Assembly: GCA_038496445.1 (NCBI GenBank)
Contig: JALMLS010000012.1
Location: 1 to 34,615, forward strand
Length of the DNA: 34,615 nt
Direction of reading: 5' to 3'
DNA from: Trichosphaerium sp. ATCC 40318
Taxonomy: Eukaryota > Protista > Tubulinea
In this document: positions 24,161-34,448 of the stretch, piece after piece
Numbering within the stretch: the first letter of the stretch is position 1
Layout of the letters: each line of letters begins with the position of its first letter
Made by a program: the position numbers and the translations under genes
The notes under the pieces: model-generated
Seen by the model: the letters and a program-made list of their open reading frames with translations, nothing else
Told to the model about the DNA's origin: nothing
Database searches by the model: none

Positions 24161-24425
24161 CTGTTTTCTACATAATAAAAATTCAAATAGCTTCTATGTT
24201 GTCTAATAAGCGTTTATGTTTAGAATTTCTTCAGCACTTAGGCTGCGCTATGATTAAACATGCAGTACTAATAACTATTAAGCGTTTATGTGTAGAATTA
24301 AGACACATGGTTTTTGATTAACTACGCAATCTTTTGTTTGTATCAAATATTCAATGTTGAAGTATTCCTTGAACAGTAACTAGATCAATTGTAAATTAGT
24401 TTCTTCATGCTGTCTAGTAAGAGTG

Positions 24426-25292
24426 TCATTGTTTTGGAACAAAGATAACTGCCAAATCCTCGTTCTCTCCATAGTACATTATACCAAATAAAACATATAT
24501 TTCAATGTCAGCAGATATCCATTTAGATGCTAGTTCTGGGTATTTGCTTAGAGCTTTCATAGTATCATTAAAACACTCTCCAATACAACTTAAACATTCT
24601 TCATTTTCTTCATAATGATCACGTACATCATCAATTCGAAATAAGTTAGCTGCACTATAGTAGTACCCAGAACCTCCCCCACAAATAGGCAGAGCTACCA
24701 GCGGACATCTCAAATAGTAACATTTAGGACAGTATACTCTGAGGTCCGGTTTGTACACGCACATACAATCCTTTGTGGGCTTTCTACAAACATCACATGT
24801 TTTGGGGCGAGAATCTACAAATTCAAACTCGTGGTTTGGTTCAGGCAAAGAATAGTCGATATCGCTAAGGTTGTCAAGGTCTTCTAATGCAGTTTCGTAA
24901 TGTTCGTATTTTGCCCAACGGATAACGTGAGATACAGCCAAGTCCCACAATGACTCTTTCGGTCCTTCATCATTTTCAACTGAAAAAAATAAAACATCTT
25001 CTTGTAACACGTGCGTTATTATCCTTTCTTTAATTTCTTCCGTGTTTTCATCATGAATTACTTCAAGTACAGAGATATCCTTTAAAAGGCGTGTTTTACC
25101 ACATGGCATACCAGAAATGATGTTGCGAAAGTGCTTGTTTGTTGATTTGAGCTTTACAATGCGCTTTACGTCTGTATAAAGCAGAATTTTGATTATCTCG
25201 CCTAAAATGTCAGTAACAAGAAGAGCTTGTGGTGTTTGATGTTTTTATATTGTCGACTGTTTTTCTTCTCGCAGTTGTTTATTTAGACTCAT
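24426..25292 (-). CDS. Intronless F-box-like protein with Cys-rich (Zn-binding) C-terminal region; one in-frame TAA near the 5' end
   Basis: ORF 24426-25109 extends in frame through LVTDILGEIIKILL...KLKSTNKHFRNII (F-box-like) to ATG 25292, interrupted only by TAA at 25245-25247. CDVC, CMC, CPKC and CLSC motifs. Confidence 0.65.
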
Positions 25293-25426
25293 ACTTGTAA
25301 ATGACACGTGCTGCTCGACGTGATATTGACAACTACACAGGGTCAAATAAATTAATCACGTGACACAAACAACTCGCCTTCCAAAAATAATCACTTATTA
25401 TAAGTTTTTGACTGTACAAAGCAATT

Positions 25427-25537
25427 GGTAAGAGGTTGCACAGACAAATTACAAAGCTATTAGATAGCCCAACAGAGATACTTGCTCATTTACTTGAGTT
25501 TGTGGAGAGTTTTGATCGATTGGATTCTGAAAGCTGA
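25427..25537 (+). pseudogene. F-box fragment
   Basis: Reads GKRLHRQITKLLDSPTEILAHLLEFVESFDRL...*, close to LDLPTEILAHILRQ in gene 14570-15516. Confidence 0.5.
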
Positions 25538-26051
25538 AACTCTAGTCATTCACCAAAAATACAAGGTTATGAAGAACGAGCTATCAAAGAGCAAAAGAGA
25601 AGAAAAGCAGCTTGAACTTTCATTTTGAATGTACACTTTTTTTAGCTGCTTTTTTTTTTGACTAAACCCAGATTTTAGGTAGCCGTTGTGGGATTGGTAC
25701 GCTTTTGAATAGAGAATTTTTCTCTAAGCAGTTGATGAAAAAGTAAAAAATGTGTCAGTCACGCAGCAGTCAGCTACTCACCTGAAACTGCCGTATGCGA
25801 TAGGTTAAGGTTTGTATTTCAAGGGGAAGATCTTAACAGAGATGCACAATAAGTACATTATATGCAATTATCATAGGAAATATGTGCCTTGCTCTTTTCA
25901 GTAAAAAAGGAACTTTTAATTCCTTATTTAAGAGCAACAACACCTTTTTCTGTCAAATGAATAGGCCAGATCTGCTTAAACAGTAATTTACTACTTATTC
26001 CTGATATGAGGCCGCAAACAACGCCGTTTAGAAAACAATTTTGTTCACTAT

Positions 26052-26150
26052 CTTATGCAACATCCCAAACAGCCAAAAATGATGCATACACACTACACGT
26101 GCATGTTGAATACAATACATCATTTTTGGCTGTTTGGGATGTTGCATAAG
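26052..26150. repeat. 99-bp foldback: perfect 33-bp inverted repeat around a 33-nt spacer (MITE remnant or hairpin RNA)
   Basis: CTTATGCAACATCCCAAACAGCCAAAAATGATG (26052-26084) is the exact reverse complement of 26118-26150. Confidence 0.9.
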
Positions 26151-26646
26151 TTAGAAAGAGGAAAAAAACTGTAGACTTTTTTTTGAAAAAGGGCACTACA
26201 ACAAATGAAAAGCGGTTAGCTCGGTTTTGTATCGCTAATCAAGAGCAATAAGCTGAACTTGACGTTTTTTGCGGAGCCACGACTAACGTTTTAGTGTGCA
26301 CACTCAGGGTCGATGCACTACTACTCTTTATACACTTTCTAGGTATAAATGATGAACAAAAAAGAACCTAGCTAGAAGATTTTCACATTTTACAATAACG
26401 TCATACCTTAAAAACAGTAAAACGTATTTATTTTTTCTCACGGCTACAGGTTTATATTAAACTCTCATACTTACTGTGTAGATTCAAAGCATGCAGTGCT
26501 TACACCACAGCACATTCAACTGCTTAGCGAAAAATTCTCTATTTGGGCTTTACGGCAAGAACAATCTTATAAAAACTGTACTGATAGACAGGAACGACTT
26601 TTAAAAACAGACAAATTTATGGAAGGGAAGCTTGGTACTTTATTGA

Positions 26647-27287
26647 CTAGTCTGCTTGACAACAGTATCGGACTTTCATATCGGGGCGCCTATAGCCATT
26701 TCTACCATTTCACTTCTAATACATTCCAGTCCTCCAGTAGGTTTACATGGTACTCTATAAGTCACGCGTGGAATGTTAGACCAATTTTGTTCACTTGCAA
26801 CAGATAAATTGAGCACCTGTAGGAGGCTTTGTATTGTAGCTATTTGGGCATACTTTTCCTCCATGGAATCGCTTGTGGTTATATGTAGATTTATGTTCGC
26901 CACGGCCATATGGACGGTCGTCATCGTACCTTAAAAGAAGTTGTAAAGAGCTGACAAATCAGTTTTGAAAAAAACAAAGTACCACTTTCCATTGCAAGGA
27001 ACAGGTTCGCAACAGTATCTCAGTTTCATATCTGGACACGTCTCCGAATTATCACTATTCTTGCACTGTAATCCGCCTGCCAATGTACATCAGGCTCTGA
27101 AAACATAGTCTGTGTGCCAATCTGTTCCAGAAGAAACTTGTACACATTGAACGTTTGTGGCTTTGTAACCATTCGGACCTTTCAATGTCTGCGTATTCAA
27201 AGGTACCCGTGTCATTTTGAAAAATAGCTCATCACAAACCCCTTTGAATGGTATCTTGATCACTGCTAGCTTTTGGATCCTAATACA
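26647..27287 (-). pseudogene. Relic of a gene with two tandem WxxW (mucin CysD/CILP-like) domains
   Basis: ...NVQCVQVSSGTDW...*CTLAGGLQCKNSDNSETCPDMKLRYCCEPVPCNGKW|YDDDRPYGRGE...GGKVCP...CKPTGGLECIRSE...PDMKVRYCCQAD*. This fits WxxWxDxDxPxGxGDxE...C...GLxC...CxDYxVRYCC. TGA at 27090-27092 and two frameshifts. Confidence 0.7.
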
Positions 27288-27703
27288 CTATCCACATGAA
27301 AAAGGTATTGTAAGCGTGTCTTGTAAGTATCAATGTATTTGAGTAAACTTAACCAGTTTTAAAAGACTTGTCTTCATTTTGTGATAAGCTATGACATTCT
27401 GTTGAAGAAAATTCCAAATTCTTATGAGCTCAATCTCAGCTGTCCAAACTGTCGCTGTCAAAGGGAGTACAATTCCTTTAGGGTATTTTTCCGATTTTCC
27501 AAAGGTACATGGGCTTTGAGGTACCAGGTAATTTTGTTACATTACTAAGAAGGCTATTAATGTAATACACTCAGACAGAATTCTCAACTCGTTCCTGTTT
27601 AGCATGAGGTCAAAGACAAGCACCAGATTTTGTTTATTGTTGTAGAATATTGTCTGTTGTAGTCAAGCAACAATGCTTTGATTTGAATTTGTTACTTACA
27701 AGC

Positions 27704-28030
27704 ATGAGTCTAAATGAACAACTGCTAGAAGAAAAACAATCGACAAGCGATATACAGTATCAAACATCACAGGCGCTCTTGTTAGAACAGCTAATCAAAA
27801 TTCTGCTTATACAGACGTAAAGAGCATTGTGCAGTCAACAAACAAACACTTTCGTACTGTTGCTTCTGCTATGGTATGTGGTAAGAGATGTTTTAAAGGG
27901 TATCTATGTACTCGAAGCAATCCATAAAAACAAAGAAATTAAACAATCACGCACGTGCTACTAGAATTTCATTGACAAAGGAATAAAAGAGTCGTTGTGG
28001 TACATGGTGTATCACACATTATATGTTGTA
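27704..28030 (+). pseudogene. Truncated, frameshifted inverted copy of the F-box-like gene 24426-25292
   Basis: ATGAGTCTAAATGAACAACTG... aligns with the start at 25292. Shared ATCAAAATTCTGCTT, TATACAGACGTAAAG and AAAGAGTC-TTGTGG. Multiple deletions; abuts the 3' end of ankyrin-PARP copy 2. Confidence 0.85.
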
Positions 28031-28044
28031 CATTTCAAAAACAG

Positions 28045-31000
28045 CTATGAGCTATCGTTACTCTCAAGACTTGCAATTCGGGCTAGTAGTTTAGCAATTT
28101 GATTGCATTGGTTGGCATTTTCTTCGTTCAGTTTAGCATTGTCTTCCTCCAGTTTAGTGATTCTGGTATTTGATTCCTCAATGATAGTTGTGTTTTCTTG
28201 TTTGAGCTTTGTGACTTCTTGTTTTAGTGATAGTACACGCTGGTCTTGTATACATGGCTCATCAGGTTGATCCAGCGTTGCGGCTGCCCATAATTTTCTT
28301 CACAGTAAATAAGTAAGACATTTAGTATTGTGTAGTCTTACCGTTTAGTGATAAATGAGTCTTCATCAAACAGCTCTTCTGACTCGCTATCATATTCTGA
28401 TTTTGAAAACTCTTTGCTTTCTATGTTTTCTACAATTTCACTTCCAATTGGTTTGATAATCTTGGCCTTCTTTGGTTTGTTTGATTTCTTCTTTTTTCCT
28501 TCACTTTTTTTCTGAGCCACCCGTTTTCTTGGCTTTTTTACAACACTTATGATATATCGTGCCACAGCTTGTACATCTAAATTAAACAATTAAAAAATAC
28601 TTTGTTACACCTCATGGTATTATTTACCTTGAGCCACAACCAACTCGTCCCATTTGCATTTATCAATATTGTCACTTACAGCTTCTCCCTTTTTGTTTAC
28701 CACTGCATAATGACTTTGGTACCCAGGTTTAATAGGCTTACCCTGAAAGTTGATAACATCACTAGGTTTTTCAATTACCTACCAATATTGTAAATAAACA
28801 TAGAACCCATGTGTGTGTACAGGATACACATTGCCAGGTGTAACTAAACTCAAAATCAGAATTTTGTCACCTTTAGCGGTGGTATCATAAGAACAAGCAT
28901 ATTCAAGACTACTCTACAATAACATATTAGAACAAATGCAAAGTGATGATTAAATAGTACTGTAAAATAGATTCCTTGTCCATAATATCCAGCATCCAAT
29001 GCACTTACAGTTCCAAATCCAGCTTTTACAATGCTGTGTGCTGCTTCAGCACGTGTTCCATGTGCCATTAACACAACAGGTAACTGAAAATTAGTCACAA
29101 GTTATTATTATTACTACAATGTACCTCTGTGCTGTTGGTTGATCTGGGTATCAAAGATAAAAACTTATCAAAAACACTTGTCCGTTGATCATGGCTCCAA
29201 TCATTCTTACAAAATAACTTTGGTAGTTCTCTAGGTAACAATCAATATTTCCTAAAACATGTGCATGTACTGTGTACGTACTGGTGCCTATGCTTCAGTA
29301 TTGTGTTGTACATCCCAAAGTTCTGAAGCAAGACATCATTGCAAACAAGATATGCTGATTTAACAGTGACTTGATCATATCCATGCATTTTAGACATCTG
29401 TTCATGAAGAAACTTTAATTCTCTTTTGGCTACAGTGTCAGTCTCATCAAAAAGGTCCAATGTTCTGTAATGGGTTGCTTTTTCAATAAAACCCCTTCCA
29501 AAATGGTTAATGAAATTAAAGGCACTAAAACTCAACTTGTTGTTTGATCTATCCCAGCCGTGTGCATACTCTAATCGTGGGTTTAAGTCCCATGATGTCT
29601 TACTTGTTAACCCTTGTTTAAAATCAACTGGTTGGTAAAAACGGTATTGTACCAACATTAGTGCCCATTAATAGTGTATTTGGTCTAATGGGCTGAATAG
29701 CATATGTACCATGTTTACATTCGAGATGTACGTCATCAATAAGTTTCTACCACAAGTTAAAAAAGATTAAACAAACTGACATGCAATATGTTCTTTATCT
29801 TTGTTTTCAGAACAATAGCTGCATATGTAATGCTCTGTAAACCCTATACAACAATAAACAACAATATTCACTATTAGCACTTACGCTTTGGGTTATCTGG
29901 TTGAATAGAGTTTATACACCACCCTTCTTCTGTGCACATTTGATAAATGGTCTGAATTTGGCTTGTTTTTTTACTCCACATATCATCTGGTAAATCGTAC
30001 AAAATACCTTCCATTAGTCCTCCTTGCTCAACCCAAAATCTCTATTGATGAAATTAGCACTTGAACTTAAAAATGTATTGGTACCGGGGATTGTACAAAT
30101 ATGCGATTGTAAGTACAAATTAAAGTGCAAATACCTTTTTGCATTGCAAGCTTAAAATAAGAGCGTGTTGGCTTGGTGTAGAATTAGTCAACACTTTGAA
30201 TAAAAGCTGTACCAAGTACTGTAACCATTTTGCAAGCTTATATTTCCATCCATGACTTTTTATATATGTCCATGATAGCCACAGCTGTTGTTGATTTGTT
30301 GGAAAGTGTGCCAAAAGAGTTTCAAACACTTTGGTGTATGCAGGATCATTATCAACCACCTTTTTTGCTACAGATTTAAAATCAAAGTTATGTCCTCTCA
30401 TGGTCTGAGAAAAAACAAAACTTGCTTTTGATAAGATGAGAAACACTTCAGCATTTCTATGTTGAGCTACTAATAGTCAGGTTCTTTGTGTTTTGGTAAT
30501 GTAATTTAGTGTTAAACTTGCACACCTGCATAAAATAAAGGCGTCCATCCTTTATTGTCTACTGCTTCAATATTAGCACCCGAAAACAGTAATTGTCTAG
30601 CTGTTTTGCTGTCACCATATTCAACTAGCAAGTGTAAGATAATTTTAAACTCCAAGATGTTATGACCAGCAATATGTAAAGAGGTGTGTCCATATTTATC
30701 AGTAGCATTGACATTTGCTTTCACATTGATTAATAACATAATAGTATTAGTGTGCCCATGGCATACTGGAAAGTGTGAGAACATATATTTCATATATACA
30801 CCATAATACCTGCTTTGTGTAAAGCTGTCTGGCCACAGGTATCTCTAGCATTGACATTTGCATTTGCGTTGAGCAATAAATTGACTATATTGTTGTGTCC
30901 ACAGCATACTGAAAAGTGAGAGAACGTATTTCACATTTATAACAATACCTGCTTTGTGTAAAGCTGTCTCTCCATCTTTGTCTGTATCATTGACATTTGC

Positions 31001-31728
31001 ATTTGCAAAGAGCAATAATTTAGCAACATCATTGTGTCCACAAAATGCTGTAAAGTGAGACCATGTACATTATATATTTACAATATTGTACCTGCTTTGT
31101 GTAAAGCTGTCTCTCCATATGTATCTCTAGCATTGACATTTGCATTTGCATTTATCAATAAATTAACGACAATGTAGTGTCCACAGTATGCTGCACAGTG
31201 TTAAAATACTTTGTATATTTACATCAGGTACCTGTTAAATGTAAAGCTGTCTGTTCATGTTTATTTGTAGCATTGATGTTTACACCAGCATTTATCAAGA
31301 ACATAGCGGTCTGAAAGTCTCCACAACATGCTGTAAAAAGTCAGAATGTACATTTGATATTTATAAATACACTGAGTGAAAAACATTTACAGTACCTGCT
31401 TTATGTAAGGCTCCATTTTTACTATCTGTGTCTGTAGTATCATTGTGTCCATGGCATGCTGAAAAATGTTAGAACATATGTTGTATACTTACTATACAAT
31501 ACCTGCTTTGTGTAAAGCTGTTTGTCCATACTTATCTGTAGCATTGACATTTGATCCAAGGTTCTTCAGTTTGGCTAGGTATTATTATTAATAGCGATAC
31601 CTTTTAAGTCTCTAATATTCTCTTGGCCTTACGTATCATGATATGTAACCGCAGATGCTATACTTCTTGGTTTTCCGTTTTCCGCACTTTGCTAAAAAAG
31701 GCGTTAATCTAACTACCTCCCCACTCAT
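28045..31728 (-). CDS. Ankyrin-repeat + PARP-like ADP-ribosyltransferase, copy 2 (8 ankyrin-module exons); early in-frame TAA
   Basis: ATG 31728 (MSGE|QSAENGKP), TAA at 31629-31631 in exon 2. Ankyrin exons 30526-31574. PVVLMAHGTRAEAAHSIVKAGF...GYYGQGIYFT...WDELVVAQ. TAG 28045-28047. Confidence 0.85.
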
Positions 31729-32505
31729 CACAACTTAAATTTGCTTCTTGAAACATTGGCAACAGGCTTTACACAGCAAACTACAGTGTTGGAAGTACAT
31801 TCAATCTGTTCCTAGATGCCACAAGGAGTTTGGAGATTAAGTCTCAAGAAGAAAAAGAAAAGACAATGCGCTTAAAATATTGTTATTTGTTGTGTGGTGC
31901 TCGCTGCCAAAGTTTTAGGTGGGCAGTTTAAGTTATATGAGTCTGGGTCCTCCGCTATATGACGGAGGTAGTCTAAATACATTTCTTTGATCGAAAATGA
32001 TGTTATGGTTTTTTCAAGCGCATTTGTTCATGTTCCGTTAGCGCTCAACGTGCCAACGTATACGACAGCTTTTTACGTGCCTTTTTGGCTTTTTTATCAC
32101 GTGATCGCTCTACAACGTTTGTTTTAGCAAATTGGTACGTAATTTTGAGATGACGTACTGCGTCGGTAGTTACAGTGTTTTTTTAAAGGTCATCTTTTTT
32201 CGAACAGGTCTTGGTTTTTTCGAACATTTGTATGTGTACCTTATTTCAAACTCAGAGCTTCACGAATAGAGTCTCTTCAAAGAGTGTAGAATCACCATAA
32301 TTGGCAAGGTACTATGTAACGAGAATTGACCGATTTTGATGACGTTACTTGTCAGACAAGGAATAATATTGTCACATGACCCAAATGGATATTATGTTTT
32401 GGGTAAAGAAATGGGTACCCGAAACGCCGCATGTGCGAGGCGAAGGAAAAACAGCGAAAACAGGTTTTACCAAGTTCACGGGGAATATTGGATCCGTATT
32501 TCGCT

Positions 32506-32820
32506 CCAAAACTGATTTGTCAGCTCTGTACAACTTCTTATCTTCTTTTGAGGTACAATGACGACCGTCCAGATGGCCGTGGCGAGTTTGAATCTACATA
32601 TAACCACAAGCGATTCCATGGAGGAAAAGTATGCCCAAATAACTACAATCCTACAGCGCAATGTTTGTCCGTTGCACATGGAGAAAATTGGTCTGACATT
32701 CCACGACATGAAAGTCCGCTACTCCTGTCAAGCCGACTAGTCAATAAAGTACTAAGCTTCCCTTCAATAAGTTTGTCTTGCTGTTGTTAAAAGTCGTTCC
32801 TGTCTCTATCAGTAAAGTTG
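32506..32820 (+). pseudogene. Second, internally deleted copy of the terminal WxxW exon (with preceding intron and 3' UTR)
   Basis: YNDDRPDGRGEFESTYNHKRFHGGKVCPNNYNPTAQCLSVAHGENWSDIPR/DMKVRYSCQAD*. Inverted homolog of ~26575-26970. Confidence 0.8.
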
Positions 32821-32861
32821 TTACAAGATGGGTTTAGTAATAAAAAAAAAAGAAGTGAAAG

Positions 32862-33225
32862 TAACGCCCTTCCGTTATGAATACAAGCAATATTCATATT
32901 CATTGTCCCGTAAGCCATATTCATTAATATTCATTCATGAATATTCATGGGCGTTTGGTGAGTCAGGATGTTGAGGAGCTTTTGGTTTGTAGCACCTAGC
33001 GATGTTCCAAATGGATAGATTCAACAAGTTGCATTTGAAAACCGAATCGGAATAGTCAACAGAACACCAAAACCCACAAATCCAGTCAAAATCAGCCATC
33101 AAATTGCACAATTTTCGGCCTTTTACTGTGTGCATGAATAATGAATGAATTTTTTTAGTCGTGAATTTGTGAATGTAGGCTGTATTTGAATATTCAAATT
33201 ATTCATCCATAACGGAAGAGCGTTA
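32862..33225. mobile_element. 364-bp hAT-type MITE
   Basis: 18-bp TIR TAACGCCCTTCCGTTATG (32862-32879) / CATAACGGAAGAGCGTTA (33208-33225), 1 mismatch. Perfect 8-bp TSD AGTGAAAG (32854-32861, 33226-33233). Subterminal ATTCAT/ATGAAT repeats at both ends. Confidence 0.9.
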
Positions 33226-33413
33226 AGTGAAAGTTCAAGCGGGTTTTCTTTGATTGCTTTATTTGCATCTCAGTGCGCTTGGCAAACACAACCAACAGTA
33301 TGGAGCACTGTTGGTAAATTTGTTCTTTACAAAATAGATCAACCACACACGTGACACCACTTTTCACCTGTTTCACCTTATGCGACAAAAAGACTCATTT
33401 TTCTTACTTTTAG

Positions 33414-33852
33414 TCCTACTTCTACTCGTATTTTGACGAGCACTCAAATTGTGCTACTGTTAAATTTCGACCCTTTTAGAGGTACTGATGATTGGTCTGA
33501 CTTGCGTTCTATTTAGGGGAATGATTGGCGCCTTTATGTACAACTAGGACCTGATGCCAGCGTTTCTCCAACATCACAAATCACAAGTGCTGTAAGCGCA
33601 GATATCAGATCTTTTGTTTCATTCCTTCACCTTCATCCTTTCTTTCCAAATTTACCAGGTGACATTGCTGGAACATGCATCCCAAGCGATCCTGACTTGG
33701 GTACATTCAAGAACTTCATGCAAAACGAGGACATCTCACCGCAAGCAACACGGCTCAGGTCAATGCCTTCAACAATACCAATAAATACTTGCCTTAATAT
33801 TAAGAAGCTCCTGTCGGAAATGCCATTTCAAGAATATCCACCCAATACCTAG
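33414..33852 (+). pseudogene. Exon-like frame with a JAB/JAMM-like HxHP...PSxxD motif and one premature stop
   Basis: After a TTTTAG acceptor, ~145 codons with a single TAG (33514-33516). SFLHLHP at 33628-33639, PSDPD at 33682-33696. Confidence 0.35.
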
Positions 33853-33959
33853 ATTCTATTATACACTTTAGTGGTAACTTAAACAGCCAGTGGAAAAAAG
33901 AATACAACCATTGAAAACAATCAATCACTAAAGCCAAGGATAGTAGGTGAAACGTACTA

Positions 33960-34448
33960 CATAGACAAATTTTCTGTTGCTCAATGACATTTGTGACCGA
34001 TATTATTCATGCAACGTGTATTAAGTATTCTGGTTTTAATATGTTAATGTTCTATGACAGTGCTTATGGTATCAATGACAATGATCTCATAGCTATATCG
34101 AAATAAATAGTATAAACACCCTTGAGTGCTTTGATACTTCACTGTAACATTTGAACAATTGTTTAGGATACTTTCATGTAATTTAAGTTGATACCCTCAT
34201 CTGTCACATAGTATTTATCTCAAAGAGTGTAAGAACCAGTGGTACAACAAATTGGACTCAGACAACACAATGTCTGATACACAACAGGTCTAGCATCTAT
34301 TAGTTAACTTACTTTATTTGGATTCCATGTAATGCCTAACGTTTCAACAGCTTCCTTTGTAATTGCTGTGTTTTCTCCATTAATGTGTATTGATTTGAGA
34401 AACTACCCAAAATCTATGGTATGAACGCCAAAAAGGCGTGATATGTCA
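33960..34448 (-). pseudogene. Degenerate LRR gene of the same family as 14570-15516 and 16920-17798
   Basis: Fragments LFGVHTIDF, AITKEAVETLGI (cf. VTKESVETLGI), YVTDEGI and SIKALKGVYTIYF, broken by stops and frameshifts. Confidence 0.7.

Larger units (their letters stand above)
18844..32243. repeat. Inverted segmental duplication; arms ~18844-25300 and ~27695-32243, spacer ~2.4 kb
   Basis: The upstream block TAAGGTACACATACA...CTACCTCCGTCATAT (18844-19160) is mirrored at 31957-32243. The ankyrin-PARP gene and the adjacent F-box gene both recur in reverse orientation, with substitutions and indels. Confidence 0.93.

Noticed and set aside
24203-24300. 26-bp imperfect direct repeat containing TAAGCGTTTATGT
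   Set aside because: Only two copies in an AT-rich region between convergent genes; it looks like an ordinary local duplication.
18686-25444. 13-bp inverted match TCTGTGCAACCTC / GAGGTTGCACAGA bracketing ankyrin-PARP copy 1 as TIRs
   Set aside because: There is no TSD, the right copy lies within an F-box relic reading frame, and matches of this length are expected by chance in 35 kb.
25780-25850. DRLRFVFQGEDL as a ubiquitin/SUMO-like fragment
   Set aside because: Too short and flanked by stops; it cannot be supported without a profile search.
26212-26320. GCGGTTAGCTCGGTT as a tRNA 5' end / A-box
   Set aside because: No cloverleaf or correctly spaced T-arm could be built.
25245-31631. In-frame TAA/TAG codons as evidence of stop-codon reassignment
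   Set aside because: Conserved genes end normally at TAA (CSN7, carboxypeptidase), and long conserved exons contain no internal TAA/TAG.
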